A stretch of DNA of 64,000 nt from Sulfolobales archaeon HS-7. GTDB lineage: Archaea; Thermoproteota; Thermoprotei_A; Sulfolobales; Sulfolobaceae. The stretch is from contig AP024596.1 of NCBI GenBank assembly GCA_019704295.1, positions 672,001 to 736,000 on the forward strand. Direction: 5' to 3'. Both the position numbers and the translations under genes were made by a program. Each line of letters opens with the position of its first letter. Position 1 is the first letter of the stretch. Positions 33,571 through 44,545 of this stretch are shown piece after piece. The notes under the pieces are model-generated. The model had not been told where the DNA came from and did not search any database. It saw only the letters and a list, made by a program, of their open reading frames with translations.

Positions 33571-33625
33571 CGGTATGACGAAGCTCGAAAGGTCTGAAAA
33601 TGATGAACCCGCGCAGGTCTGACCG
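33571..33625 (+). ncRNA. Box C/D guide sRNA (probable tRNA targets)
   Basis: C ATGACGA 33575-81, D' CTGA 33594-97, C' ATGATGA 33600-06, D CTGA 33619-22, two 12-nt guides, terminal stem CGG/CCG. Confidence 0.9.
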
Positions 33626-33710
33626 ATAAGGGTTTTTCCTTCTTTTATCAAACCTCTATTTCATGAAATGTGACTAGTTTTTAATTATAAAATCTCATAA
33701 ATGATGGGCA

Positions 33711-34178
33711 ATGATTAATGGCTATTTCGATGGACTCTGCGAACCTCAAAATCCAGGTGGTATATCTACCTTCGGTTACATCTACGTGTTTGATACAAAG
33801 GTTATAAGAGGGTATGGACTTGCAGCCCCTCCATGGAGCTCTCTTAGTACTAACAACGTTGCAGAGTATATGGGGCTTATATGCTTATTAAAAAGCATGT
33901 TATCAAGAAATGTTCGTAATGCTCAGATTTTTGGCGACAGTCAGCTCGTAATAAAACAGATTAACGGTAAGTATAAGATAAAAGCTGAGAGGATATTACC
34001 ATTATTTAATGAAGCGGTCTCCCTCAAAAAGAACTTTGACAATATCTCATTTATATGGGTCCCAAGGGAAATGAACAGCGACGCAGACTTTCTAACTAGA
34101 ATGGCATACCGTTTAGCAAAAGAGAACAAACTAACTGTGGTAGGATGTTATAAAGAGGAGATTAGCTCCTTACCATGA
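33711..34178 (+). CDS. rnhA: Ribonuclease HI
   Basis: [36 protein letters not shown]. Confidence 0.95.
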   Translation: MINGYFDGLCEPQNPGGISTFGYIYVFDTKVIRGYGLAAPPWSSLSTNNVAEYMGLICLLKSMLSRNVRNAQIFGDSQLVIKQINGKYKIKAERILPLFNEAVSLKKNFDNISFIWVPREMNSDADFLTRMAYRLAKENKLTVVGCYKEEISSLP

Positions 34179-34614
34179 GTTTTGCTTGTTCAGGATCATA
34201 TTTCCAATTATTCGGTAGTTTTTTAGTAGACTTATAATACCTCTCCAATCTTCTTATTTTCGACTCTATTTCCTCTAAGCCTTTCTTGGCCTTAGAGTCT
34301 CTTGGGTGCTCTCCTATATGTCTCCTAGCGTTAACTGCCCTCCTTATGAGGTTCATAAGATCCTCGGGTACTTGCAGTTTAATTCCAGTATTCTCAAGTA
34401 CTCTAGTGAGTTTTTTCCCTGTTACCTGTTTGATCAGAGGTACCCCGTATTGATCTCTTAATAAAACTCCTATCGTAGAAGGTTCATATCCTTTTTTGTA
34501 TAACTCGACTACTAACGTGCCTATTTCTTCAGCACTTAGTCTAACCCATTTCGGTGAACCTGCTCTTACAGGTCTTACTGAGTGTGATTTGCCTCTAGCT
34601 CTTTTTTTATTCAT
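34162..34614 (-). CDS. rps15: 30S ribosomal protein S15 (uS15)
   Basis: [29 protein letters not shown]. Confidence 0.97.
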   Translation of the reverse strand: MNKKRARGKSHSVRPVRAGSPKWVRLSAEEIGTLVVELYKKGYEPSTIGVLLRDQYGVPLIKQVTGKKLTRVLENTGIKLQVPEDLMNLIRRAVNARRHIGEHPRDSKAKKGLEEIESKIRRLERYYKSTKKLPNNWKYDPEQAKLMVRS

Positions 34615-34729
34615 CTATGACACTTACTATACCTACAGAGAATCGCTAAATAAAATTTTAGTTCTCCTATTGCTGTAATTGCCACAGAATTCGACCTATC
34701 ATGTTCAAGTTACGTGCTTGAATGTTTAT

Positions 34730-34900
34730 CTTGGCGAAGCTAAGGGAGCGGAAGACCCGTAAGGATGGATAGCTTCCCCATTTTAATTTGTAGATACTTC
34801 ATTATTTATAGTTGCTAACGGAGAATGCTTAACCAATGCCCCCCTAAGTAAGGGTTTATCTGTTATACTCTTGCCCCACCAAGTGGTCATGTGCAGGATA
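34730..34900 (+). mobile_element. Older, truncated copy of MITE family A abutting the 34903 copy
   Basis: TTTAT|CTTGGCGAAGCTAAGGGAGCGGAAGACCCGTAAGGATGGATAGCTTCCCC left end; CCTAAGTAAGGGT internal block; no right end. Confidence 0.7.
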
Positions 34901-34902
34901 TT

Positions 34903-35196
34903 ATGAACTCGCTCCTTCTTGGCAGAAGTGGCCTTCTGCTTCTCTGCTCCACCTTGCAGGCGATAGAGGGCGGAGCTCCACAACCCCTGAGGATCGGCCC
35001 CGAACTTAACGTTGGTGTCCGGCATCGGACTGTAATTAGAGCAGAGACGTACTACATCGACCCTCGCTTAGGCGTCCTAGTAACGCTTACTCTGTTGATG
35101 ATTGTTATTGATATCTGGCTGCAAACCGACTTAAACTAGTACAAGGGGGCTATCCACTCTTGCGGGTCTTCCGCCTTCTTTGAACCCCCATTGAAG
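34903..35196 (-). mobile_element. 294-bp IS200/IS605-type non-autonomous element (family A), inverted twin of 35990-36283
   Basis: Preceded by TTTAT (35201-35197), ends GAGTTCAT; appears identical to the other copy except the last base. Confidence 0.9.
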
Positions 35197-35207
35197 ATAA
35201 AGGGTTT

Positions 35208-35870
35208 CTATCTTCCTAATTTTGCATTTTCCAATATTACTTCAACTAGATTGGTTACGTACGATTCAGGTAGATCCGTTTCCTGCATTAACATTGTCTT
35301 AAAGCTATTTTCCGCATCCTTTATCTCTATTTCATTTTTTACAAGTCTAACAGAAAGTTCTCTATACTTTTTCGTGTCTAAATGTGGAAAATTTATATAC
35401 TTATTAATATAATCGTCAACATTTATTTTTCCCTCCTCTTTCGATAAGAAATGCTTCGTCCAAGTTCTCACTTCCCTTTCTGCAGCTTCACGGGAATCTG
35501 AAAGATGAGCAACGTTAATTCCTCCGAATATACCAAATTTACCTCTAATAGATGTTGGTGACGCCCTCTCACACATGGTATTACCGAGTTTATCTCTTAA
35601 TTTAGCAACAACATCATCTCCCTTAATAACTGCAACGAGTACTGGACTAGCAGTAACGTAATTAATAAGCCAGTTGAAAAAGAATTTTCCCTTATGCATA
35701 CTATAGTGATATTCGATATAGAATTCTCTTGGCACGTTAAGGATATGAGGATGTAATAACTCATAATTATCACTTAAAATTTCTTTTAAAACATTTGCCC
35801 CAACTCCTCTTCTTATTACACTATCCGGTTTCAGAAAGAACAGTGCCTCTTCTTCTATCTTTCCTGACAT
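35208..35870 (-). CDS. ndk: Nucleoside-diphosphate kinase, divergent, with ~80-aa C-terminal extension
   Basis: LKPDS, HY…HKGKFFF, SIRGKFG, NVAHLSDS (catalytic His). Confidence 0.9.
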   Translation of the reverse strand: MSGKIEEEALFFLKPDSVIRRGVGANVLKEILSDNYELLHPHILNVPREFYIEYHYSMHKGKFFFNWLINYVTASPVLVAVIKGDDVVAKLRDKLGNTMCERASPTSIRGKFGIFGGINVAHLSDSREAAEREVRTWTKHFLSKEEGKINVDDYINKYINFPHLDTKKYRELSVRLVKNEIEIKDAENSFKTMLMQETDLPESYVTNLVEVILENAKLGR

Positions 35871-35989
35871 GAATTCACCTTATTTTTCACTCACGTGATC
35901 CCGTTAATTAATAAAAAAATTCTTCTATCCGCTCTTTACACTTAATTAAGTATTTGGGACTAGTGCTTCTTAAATTTTCACGAATTTAT

Positions 35990-36283
35990 CTTCAATGGGG
36001 GTTCAAAGAAGGCGGAAGACCCGCAAGAGTGGATAGCCCCCTTGTACTAGTTTAAGTCGGTTTGCAGCCAGATATCAATAACAATCATCAACAGAGTAAG
36101 CGTTACTAGGACGCCTAAGCGAGGGTCGATGTAGTACGTCTCTGCTCTAATTACAGTCCGATGCCGGACACCAACGTTAAGTTCGGGGCCGATCCTCAGG
36201 GGTTGTGGAGCTCCGCCCTCTATCGCCTGCAAGGTGGAGCAGAGAAGCAGAAGGCCACTTCTGCCAAGAAGGAGCGAGTTCAC
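35990..36283 (+). mobile_element. 294-bp IS200/IS605-type non-autonomous element (family A)
   Basis: TTTAT (35985-89)|CTTCAATGGGGGTTC…GGATAGCCCCC left end; right end GAAGGCCACTTCTGCCAAGAAGGAGCGAGTTCAC; no terminal inverted repeat or target duplication. Confidence 0.9.
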
Positions 36284-36503
36284 CGCGTAAACAATGAGAT
36301 GTAAAAAAGCAAATGCATATTATATTATTAGAGCTACATCTAAAATTAACGTGCTAATCTTTAACCGCTTTTTAACGATCATTATAATTCTTTAAGAAGA
36401 CAGAATTATGATAAATTTAAATGAGAATTTTCATCCCATCTCTAATTATTAACAGAATTAATTAGAGCTTTTTATGCTTTTAATCCTTTCTCTACGACGA
36501 GGA

Positions 36504-36689
36504 TTATGCTCCTTTAATATACTTCAACGTCCATTTAAGCCTTTTAGGATCTTTGTTGTAAATTAGGCTATATTTTCTACACTTAGAAGAACAGAACCAA
36601 AGGATTGAACCGTCATTTTTTACATACATTATCCCAGTTCCTGGAGTTATCTTACTCCCACAATAACTACAAGTTCTTTCTAAAGGCAT
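36504..36689 (-). CDS. rpl24e: 50S ribosomal protein L24e
   Basis: CSYCG…PGTGIMYV…FCSSKC…LKWT. Confidence 0.97.
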   Translation of the reverse strand: MPLERTCSYCGSKITPGTGIMYVKNDGSILWFCSSKCRKYSLIYNKDPKRLKWTLKYIKGA

Positions 36690-36752
36690 ATCTTATCCCA
36701 GACTAATGAGGGAAGAGTAGTATTTAAAAGTAAGGCAGTTCATATTTACATC

Positions 36753-36995
36753 GTGAATAGTATGAGTCAGAAGAGCTCGATTACAGAAGAGTTTGGATAC
36801 CCAGCTGAGGTAATTCAGGTTTTGGATAAAACCGGTGTAACGGGTGAAGTAACACAAGTAAGAGTCAGAGTGCTGGAAGGTAGAGATAAAGGAAGGATAT
36901 TAACTAGAAACGTAAAGGGAGCTGTTAGATTAGGAGATATCCTTATACTGAGGGAGACAGAAAGGGAGGCAAGGAAACTGTCGACGAAAAGGTAA
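36753..36995 (+). CDS. rps28e: 30S ribosomal protein S28e
   Basis: [32 protein letters not shown]; real start may be ATG 36762. Confidence 0.97.
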   Translation: MNSMSQKSSITEEFGYPAEVIQVLDKTGVTGEVTQVRVRVLEGRDKGRILTRNVKGAVRLGDILILRETEREARKLSTKR

Positions 36996-37003
36996 TCTTG
37001 TGA

Positions 37004-38021
<1,018 letters not shown>

Positions 38022-38055
38022 CTTATGAAAGGTGAGACTGTTAAAATGGGTACAT

Positions 38056-38577
38056 TTAGCACGATTGCGGGATAGTGTATTGTAATATATCCCTTACAAT
38101 CCATTTCGTAAGCTGATTAATCTCTAGTAATACTGTCCCTACGAAGGGTTGGCCATACAGCACAAGGGAGTTCTCACTCCCGAATATTACAAGGGGAATT
38201 ACGAGCATGTCCTCCTCGCCATCAACATAGATTGGGCCTTTGTAACCGCTTGTTAATAACTCCCTTAATTTCTCTAATGCCGAGATCCTTAGGACTCCTG
38301 GTTCATTCCTTATTTCAACCCCCCTTATATTCTCCACCACAGGTATGTTACGTCTCGTCTTCCTATCAGCAATAGATAGAGTAGGAGAAAACCCTTTCCT
38401 CATTAGAATTGATAAAACGTAATCCCCTACTACATATACTTTATCGAAGTTTTTGGCATGTTGTATTATCTTATCTGGACTTTTAATCACTCTTCCGTAA
38501 GGCCTTGATAACCTTAGCCTAATTTTTTCATCGAATGTTAAACAAATGTCTACTTCACGGTTATCGCATATCTCCAA
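38056..38577 (-). CDS. DUF359/UPF0218 GTP-dependent dephospho-CoA kinase
   Basis: VGDYV, DRKTRR, NEPG, VDGEEDM, YGQP. Confidence 0.9.
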   Translation of the reverse strand: MEICDNREVDICLTFDEKIRLRLSRPYGRVIKSPDKIIQHAKNFDKVYVVGDYVLSILMRKGFSPTLSIADRKTRRNIPVVENIRGVEIRNEPGVLRISALEKLRELLTSGYKGPIYVDGEEDMLVIPLVIFGSENSLVLYGQPFVGTVLLEINQLTKWIVRDILQYTIPQSC

Positions 38578-38747
38578 GGTCTCTCAACGCCTGCTACCTT
38601 TCCAGCCTCAGAGTCTATTGACATTACTATTAACATGCCGCTCCACTCGTCTGAGAAAGAGGATGAACCGCATATTGGACAGTTCCCCTGTTCCCTTGGA
38701 ACTAATGCCCTGCAATTTCTGCATGCCTTAAAGAAACTAGCTTTTAT
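38550..38747 (-). CDS. spt4: Transcription elongation factor Spt4 (RpoE2); apparent ATA start
   Basis: Not in track; (I)KASFFKACRNCRALVPREQGNCPICGSSSFSDEWSGMLIVMSIDSEAGKVAGVERPWRYAITVK*. Confidence 0.92.
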   Translation of the reverse strand: MKASFFKACRNCRALVPREQGNCPICGSSSFSDEWSGMLIVMSIDSEAGKVAGVERPWRYAITVK

Positions 38748-39291
38748 TTTGACTCACCTCCTCTTTTAACCACTCCAGCTTCCCGAGGTATGGTTGACGC
38801 ATGGTTAGACCTATTCTCATCATTTTGCCAGATGTATAAGCTCCTATCGAATTTACTCTAGCTCTTACGAAGTCACCCTTCTGTATTACCTTCTTACTCT
38901 TCTCGCCAACTAGCATGCCTCGAATATTATCGTATCGCATTTGATCGTCCATAACCTGTGAAATGTGTACGAAACCGTCTATAGGTCCAATATTCACAAA
39001 AAGTCCAGTGTTAGTAACTTGAACAACTATTCCCTCTACTAATTCCTGTAATACAGGAGTATATACCAGCAAATTGAACTCTGCTTCGTGATATGTTGCC
39101 CCGTCTCCCATTAAAATCAATCCCTCCTCGTTTACGTTGACATCGTAAACCGATAGGATTAGTCCTATATCTTTTATTACTTTCTCCTGATATTCCTCTC
39201 TCAAAACATTCAAAGCTACTTCTTCAAGCGGTTTACCGAAAAACTCCGGGGGAATTCTTACGACTCCTTTAGCCTTTATTATTTTATACAC
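38737..39291 (-). CDS. rpo7: RNA polymerase subunit Rpo7 (E')
   Basis: VRIPP, GDGATYH, GPIDGFVHISQ, IGLTMRQPYLGK. Confidence 0.97.
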   Translation of the reverse strand: MYKIIKAKGVVRIPPEFFGKPLEEVALNVLREEYQEKVIKDIGLILSVYDVNVNEEGLILMGDGATYHEAEFNLLVYTPVLQELVEGIVVQVTNTGLFVNIGPIDGFVHISQVMDDQMRYDNIRGMLVGEKSKKVIQKGDFVRARVNSIGAYTSGKMMRIGLTMRQPYLGKLEWLKEEVSQNKS

Positions 39292-39296
39292 ATTCC

Positions 39297-39731
39297 CTAG
39301 ATATCAAATGCCCCCTTAATAATTTTACCTTTACGACCTAATGTAATAACCTTTACCCCTGACAGTTTTGCTTCTTTGATAAGGGTTTTATCATTAGTGA
39401 AGAGTACCATTTTCCTCGCTATGGCCGTTTCTAATAAAGCTCTATCAACTTCGCCGTTCACATTATCATCTATAATCTCCCATATTCCTAATTTTTTTTG
39501 TAAGTAATTTTCAGCAATTCTAGCTTTGGCACCTAATTTTCCAGATCTAGTCTCTTTAGATTTCAATTCGTTAATGACTAAACGATGTATATAAAATTTT
39601 GGAGAATATTCTAGATAATCTGCTACTAATTGAAATACATCTATTCCATCGTATACGTACATTAGTATGTTAGTGTCTACAAGGATGGCTAAGCGCTCTA
39701 TTGTAATGTTCCCCACGCTATCATACGCCAT
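39297..39731 (-). CDS. PIN-domain nuclease (Fcf1/Utp24-like)
   Basis: VDTNIL, VINEL, VDRAL, TNDKTL; between aIF2-gamma and rpo7. Confidence 0.85.
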   Translation of the reverse strand: MAYDSVGNITIERLAILVDTNILMYVYDGIDVFQLVADYLEYSPKFYIHRLVINELKSKETRSGKLGAKARIAENYLQKKLGIWEIIDDNVNGEVDRALLETAIARKMVLFTNDKTLIKEAKLSGVKVITLGRKGKIIKGAFDI

Positions 39732-40930
39732 CTGCCAGTAATTTGCTTGCTGATTACAATTCTCATTCCTTTATCCCATATTACTGCAGGTTTTTTCAAG
39801 ACGATGGATATAGTGTCACCCTTAGCATGAGAAACCGTACCGTAAATAGTATCCGTACCTACATTTATCATTAAACTGTCATTCACCCTGAACTTGTCTA
39901 CCTTTATGTCTGTGGTCACCCTTTCCAGCATATTGTATATCACAGTGATCTTATCAGTAACCTCAAGATTAACGTTGGCCCCTGTAACAACGCTTCCCCT
40001 TAGTACGTCAGCCTTGGTTAAGGAGGGATCCAGAGCCGTACCTATGGCAACCAACCCACCAGGTCTTGCCTTCTTCACCTCGACATCTCCAAATCTTAGG
40101 GTTCTAATTTCGGTATATATAGGGGAATATTCCGTTCTATTGCCCTTTTCTATTCTATTCCCTGGTAAAATCTTTATCTCGTCACCGATCTTAAACTCTC
40201 CCTGCACTATACTTCCTCCTAATACTCCCCCTCCTAAGTTGTTTACGGTCGTTCCTGGCTTATTTATATCAAAGCTCCTGATAGTTAGCATAACAGGCGA
40301 TTTACTAAGATCCCTTTCAGGGGTAGGTATATGTTTTTCAATGTAATATATTAGAGCTTCAATGTTAATTTTGTGTAGAGCACTCACTGGTACAATTGGA
40401 GAACCCTCCGCCCACGTTCCCTTTAAAAATTCCTTTATCTGTAAGAAATTCTTTATAGCGTCCTCTCTAGTCACAACATCAATTTTATTTTGTACTATAA
40501 TTAACTTAGTAATACCTATAATTCCAAGCGCATTAAAGTGCTCTCGTGTTTGCGGTTGGGGAAAAGGTTCATTTGCGGCGACTACAAGTAACGCACCATC
40601 CATAAGGGCTGCGCCACTGAGCATAGTGGCCATAAGACTTTCATGTCCAGGTGCGTCAATAAAAGATACCTTCCTTATGAATTTAGGTTCCCCTTCTCCA
40701 CATTGGGAACAATTATCCTCCGATATATACGCTTCTATTTCATTACAACCTTCGCATACTCCTATACTAGCCTCAGCGTATCCCAGTTTTATTGTCATTC
40801 CCCTCTTGAGTTCCTCTGAATGTTTTGCAGTCCAGACACCAGTTATCGCTTGCACTAATGTAGTTTTGCCATGATCTACATGACCTACTACACCTATATT
40901 CACTTCAGGCTGCGTTCTAGAACCACGCAA
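39698..40930 (-). CDS. eif2g: Translation initiation factor aIF2 gamma subunit
   Basis: [28 protein letters not shown]. Confidence 0.97.
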   Translation of the reverse strand: MRGSRTQPEVNIGVVGHVDHGKTTLVQAITGVWTAKHSEELKRGMTIKLGYAEASIGVCEGCNEIEAYISEDNCSQCGEGEPKFIRKVSFIDAPGHESLMATMLSGAALMDGALLVVAANEPFPQPQTREHFNALGIIGITKLIIVQNKIDVVTREDAIKNFLQIKEFLKGTWAEGSPIVPVSALHKINIEALIYYIEKHIPTPERDLSKSPVMLTIRSFDINKPGTTVNNLGGGVLGGSIVQGEFKIGDEIKILPGNRIEKGNRTEYSPIYTEIRTLRFGDVEVKKARPGGLVAIGTALDPSLTKADVLRGSVVTGANVNLEVTDKITVIYNMLERVTTDIKVDKFRVNDSLMINVGTDTIYGTVSHAKGDTISIVLKKPAVIWDKGMRIVISKQITGRWRMIAWGTLQ

Positions 40931-40934
40931 AAAC

Positions 40935-41579
40935 TTATCCCCTTACAATTACTGTATTGATCTGAACTATGTCTGGAGTAATCAAGTTTCCCCTTACTAG
41001 TTTTCGCCTTCGCTCACCAGGCTTAGCTGGATAATATCCAGGGGGTCCAGAAAGTAATATTTTTTTCTTTACACCGCCAAGTACATCAGAACGCATTGGG
41101 AATCCACTATTATCAGATCCGCCTGTTATCCTTAGTTTAAGTTCTGGTAATCCTATAATCGTCCCATCAAATTGTTCTCCTATCTTCATATTAACTAGTG
41201 AGGAAGCCCTACTTTGATCCATGTTTATTTGAAACGATTTCGCCCTATAAACTTCTCCATCAAATTCCTCCTTGCCAAACTTTTCAGCGATTTCTTTATT
41301 AATATATATTACATTATCGGGGGTTTTATTATCAATAACTGCCTTGAAATGGACTTTGATCTTCTCTTTCTTATCTCCTTCTTTTTCCGTCTGAATAGTT
41401 ATGAACTGAGGAGAACCTATTTGATTGTGCGTTTTCTCGTTTATCTTAGCTATTGGTAAGGCTTTTCCCTCCTTTTCTCCCTGTAACACGTTAACCTCCT
41501 CTGTTGAGATTACTTTGCATTTAATTTTTTTGTCATTCTTGGTTTCAGGGTCTGAGATGACAATTTTAAAGTCTGCCAA
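40935..41579 (-). CDS. rps6e: 30S ribosomal protein S6e
   Basis: [30 protein letters not shown]. Confidence 0.96.
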   Translation of the reverse strand: MADFKIVISDPETKNDKKIKCKVISTEEVNVLQGEKEGKALPIAKINEKTHNQIGSPQFITIQTEKEGDKKEKIKVHFKAVIDNKTPDNVIYINKEIAEKFGKEEFDGEVYRAKSFQINMDQSRASSLVNMKIGEQFDGTIIGLPELKLRITGGSDNSGFPMRSDVLGGVKKKILLSGPPGYYPAKPGERRRKLVRGNLITPDIVQINTVIVRG

Positions 41580-41645
41580 CTTTACTCCTCAGTTATCAAG
41601 AGTTTAACTAAAATATAAAACCGTCTCAGGCTTAAATATAGATAA

Positions 41646-42035
41646 ATGTTAGGAGTCTTACTTGTACTTCATGGTAGCAGAATTGAAAGTTGGCAGGAGA
41701 CTGCTCTAGGTTATGTAAATCTGTTAAGAAAACACTTCGATAACGTAGAGTACGGTTTCATTGAATTCAATACACCTACTCTTCGCGAGGCAGCCGAGAA
41801 ATTAGCAAGTAAAGGTGTTTCAGAAATAGTTGCAGTTCCTCTTCTCTTCGCGGCAGGTACTCATTTCAAACGGGATATACCAAGGCTTTTGAATCTAGAG
41901 GGTTCAGCTATAAGAGTAGGAGAAACGAGAATACCTGTGAGAGTCGCCGAACCCATAGGAGTCGATGAAAGAATCTCGCAAATACTTAAAGAGAGAGTAG
42001 AGGAGGCTTTAGCTGCTGGGATCACTTTAGAGTAG
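41646..42035 (+). CDS. cbiX: Sirohydrochlorin chelatase (short CbiX)
   Basis: HGSR, FIEFNTP, VPLLFAAGTHFKRDIP. Confidence 0.9.
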   Translation: MLGVLLVLHGSRIESWQETALGYVNLLRKHFDNVEYGFIEFNTPTLREAAEKLASKGVSEIVAVPLLFAAGTHFKRDIPRLLNLEGSAIRVGETRIPVRVAEPIGVDERISQILKERVEEALAAGITLE

Positions 42036-42084
42036 AAAACTCTTCCTAAATGTTCTACTATGAAAAGTATCAACTAAGCAAAAC

Positions 42085-42456
42085 TCACCTTGAATAAGAC
42101 AGAAGAAGTTGGAACATATCAAATGTAAAATATTCTCTATATTCTCCAGGATTTTTACTAATACAAATTGAAGCGAATTCCAGTTCATTCGCAACCCCAT
42201 ATTTTTCCTGGATCATGGTTAACGGGAGGTTCATATTAAGGTAGTCCCTAACAAACTCCTTAGAACATTTGTTATACAAAAAACATAGTACAGATAAATT
42301 CACTGCTCTTCGTTTTTTCCCATCATAGACGATTAAAACTAGTTGATCCCTTAATTTGCACCCATCAAGGATTTCAGAAGATATGGGTCTGATTAGTATA
42401 TATGGGACGTCCCGTTTTATGAACATATCAAGTATATCGTGAAAAGTTGTCTGCAT
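42085..42456 (-). CDS. Hypothetical protein
   Basis: 123-aa ORF filling the gap, divergent from taw3. Confidence 0.65.
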   Translation of the reverse strand: MQTTFHDILDMFIKRDVPYILIRPISSEILDGCKLRDQLVLIVYDGKKRRAVNLSVLCFLYNKCSKEFVRDYLNMNLPLTMIQEKYGVANELEFASICISKNPGEYREYFTFDMFQLLLSYSR

Positions 42457-42493
42457 TACCGTAAACTAATTTAATTTATCCACATAAAAGCAT

Positions 42494-43069
42494 ATGATGT
42501 ACCCACCAACATGGGAAAAAGATAAAGCTAGCGCTGTAGATAGATTAGAAGAGGATAGACGAATAGGTTATTTAGACCCAGACATATATGACGTCCTTAT
42601 CGAATTCATGAAAGTTGACTCTCTCTTCACAAAGAGTAGTTGCAGTGGAAGGATAACTATAATAGATGCGGAATTTCCTTGGAATAGAAAAGATTCTTAT
42701 GTTCTATTTAAGAATCATTTTCCCATAATTAAAAATGATATACAGGAAGTAGTCAAGCAGAAAGCTAAGGCGACATTATGGTTAGTTACTCAAGGGCCTA
42801 TTCTCCACGTATATGCTGCTAACGAACAGGTTGCATGGAATTTGCTTAAGATTGCAAGGAATGTTGGATTTAAACATAGCGGAATTCTATCTGTAAATTA
42901 TCACGGTGCAGTAGTTGAACTTAGAACGGGTATAAAAATAACTATACCTATTCTTGATAACGATATTAGGGATAAATACATTGAAATAGCAAACAACGCA
43001 CTGATACTAGGCAAGAATAAACTTCAAAAGCTTAAAGAAGTGGTGTCCCTTGTTTCCACTCGTGATTAG
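42494..43069 (+). CDS. taw3: tRNA wyosine-derivative methyltransferase Taw3/TYW3
   Basis: GYLDPDI, TKSSCSGR, PILHV, GFKHSGI. Confidence 0.93.
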   Translation: MMYPPTWEKDKASAVDRLEEDRRIGYLDPDIYDVLIEFMKVDSLFTKSSCSGRITIIDAEFPWNRKDSYVLFKNHFPIIKNDIQEVVKQKAKATLWLVTQGPILHVYAANEQVAWNLLKIARNVGFKHSGILSVNYHGAVVELRTGIKITIPILDNDIRDKYIEIANNALILGKNKLQKLKEVVSLVSTRD

Positions 43070-43094
43070 ATAGTATTTTATAATGGATTTTGTA

Positions 43095-43335
43095 GTGAGC
43101 TATCTGCTCTAGCGAATTAGGAAATTTTGCTTACCGACTTCGCCAGCAGGCCTTGACAGATATGAAGACTACCGCTATATAGAACGTGATGTTCAAGACA
43201 TTAAAGCCGGGTCGTTGACCGGAGCGTAGGCTTACAATACCCTCGCTCATGTCCCTTGGGTACGTTTAGACCATTAATAACCATAATTAAAGGGTAGTCT
43301 GTAAACACATATTGTAGTATAATAGGGCTATCCAT
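43095..43335 (-). mobile_element. Diverged copy of MITE family A
   Basis: GTGAGCTATC right-end-like motif, TCGTTGACCGGAGC, ACCCTCGCTCATG and GGGCTATCC shared with other copies. Confidence 0.6.
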
Positions 43336-43342
43336 ACCCATT

Positions 43343-43504
43343 CTCACGTTACAATGTCTAATGTATAATTATAAACTAAAAAGTTATAAAACATATCTAT
43401 CTAGAAATTAAATTCGCTTAATTGTTAGAATAGTAATATAAAATTAGTTTATTAGGTGTAATTGTAAGTAATCATGCGGTTTTCGAAAATCAAGGGTAAT
43501 AAAT
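43343..43504 (+). repeat. Dispersed AT-rich repeat family B, copy 2
   Basis: AAAAAGTTATAAAACA…AAATTAAATTCGCTTAATTG…TAATATAAAATTAGTTTATTAG…AGGGTAATAAAT. Confidence 0.7.
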
Positions 43505-43864
43505 GACCTTTTCTAAAGTAATGGGTTCAACGTTTGCTGAGGTTTCCATAAGGTAAATATTATAAGCTAGAAAGTCGGCAAAGGTGATCAATCGTTTACT
43601 CATTAAGTATTATCCCCAAATTGGACTCTTTGCTACTTGTTTTCCTATAAAATTTAGCTCTTAAACCACCGCTTGTTATATATTGGACACTATTTCGTGT
43701 TTTTAAGTTAGATTAATCCTATATTATTATAGACTAGTTAAACCAATAATATCTTTCCAGCATGAGATTTTTGGTGAAATGCGCTGTGAAATATATTAAT
43801 GTCTCCTAAAACTTCAGGAAAGTACAGGACCTTAGCCTTAGGGCCTCTCAGCGATACTTTCTCT

Positions 43865-44545
43865 TTATATATCTCCATTTATTCTCAAGTAAATTTTTCG
43901 TAGAAAGCGAATAATAGTTCTAGCGTCTTCTTCATCCCCAATTCCCCGCAATATAGTTCTCTTGAGAGAATAGTAAATCCTCTCATCTTGTGGATTTTTC
44001 TTAATAGTGTCCACCACCTCTCTAATATACTTATCAAGAAGCCTTAAAGCCTCGTCACTTATTTTAGCAGAGTTTTGTATAGCATTCCTGTTAATTTCGT
44101 ACAGCACTATTCCAACAGCGTGTGATAAGTTGAGAACAGGATACTCAGTGTTTGTAGGTATATGAAGCAATAAGTCACATTTAGATATTTCTTCCCTGGT
44201 TAATCCTACGCTTTCTCTACCGAATATAAGACCTACTCTCTTGTTCAGTATAAGTTTCGTTATCTCCCAAGGTTTTACGGATTTCCTTAGAAAATCACCA
44301 GGTATATCAGCTATACTAGAAGTTGCAATTTTAAGATCTAAATCGGTAATCGCTTCATCTAACGTTTGCACAACCCTACTTTCATTTAATACGTCTATTC
44401 CCCGCACTGCGAATTCCCTACCTTTGGTTACATCGCAAACAGGATTTACAATATAGAGTTCTTTCACCCCGAAGTTTTTACACAGTCTTGCTACAAATCC
44501 CACGTTATACTCGCCCTCAGGCTGAACAAGTATTACTCTAATCAC
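43865..44545 (-). CDS. trmJ: tRNA (cytidine32-2'-O)-methyltransferase, SPOUT family
   Basis: NVGFVARLCKNFG, IFGRESVGL, YPVLNLSHAV; start placed at GTG 44545. Confidence 0.93.
   Translation of the reverse strand: MIRVILVQPEGEYNVGFVARLCKNFGVKELYIVNPVCDVTKGREFAVRGIDVLNESRVVQTLDEAITDLDLKIATSSIADIPGDFLRKSVKPWEITKLILNKRVGLIFGRESVGLTREEISKCDLLLHIPTNTEYPVLNLSHAVGIVLYEINRNAIQNSAKISDEALRLLDKYIREVVDTIKKNPQDERIYYSLKRTILRGIGDEEDARTIIRFLRKIYLRINGDI

Noticed and set aside
34783-36283. ORFs 34891-35139, 36047-36283 and 34783-35025 as duplicated small proteins
   Set aside because: They lie within or across the non-coding elements; identity reflects DNA duplication, and I saw no matching frame in the diverged copies.
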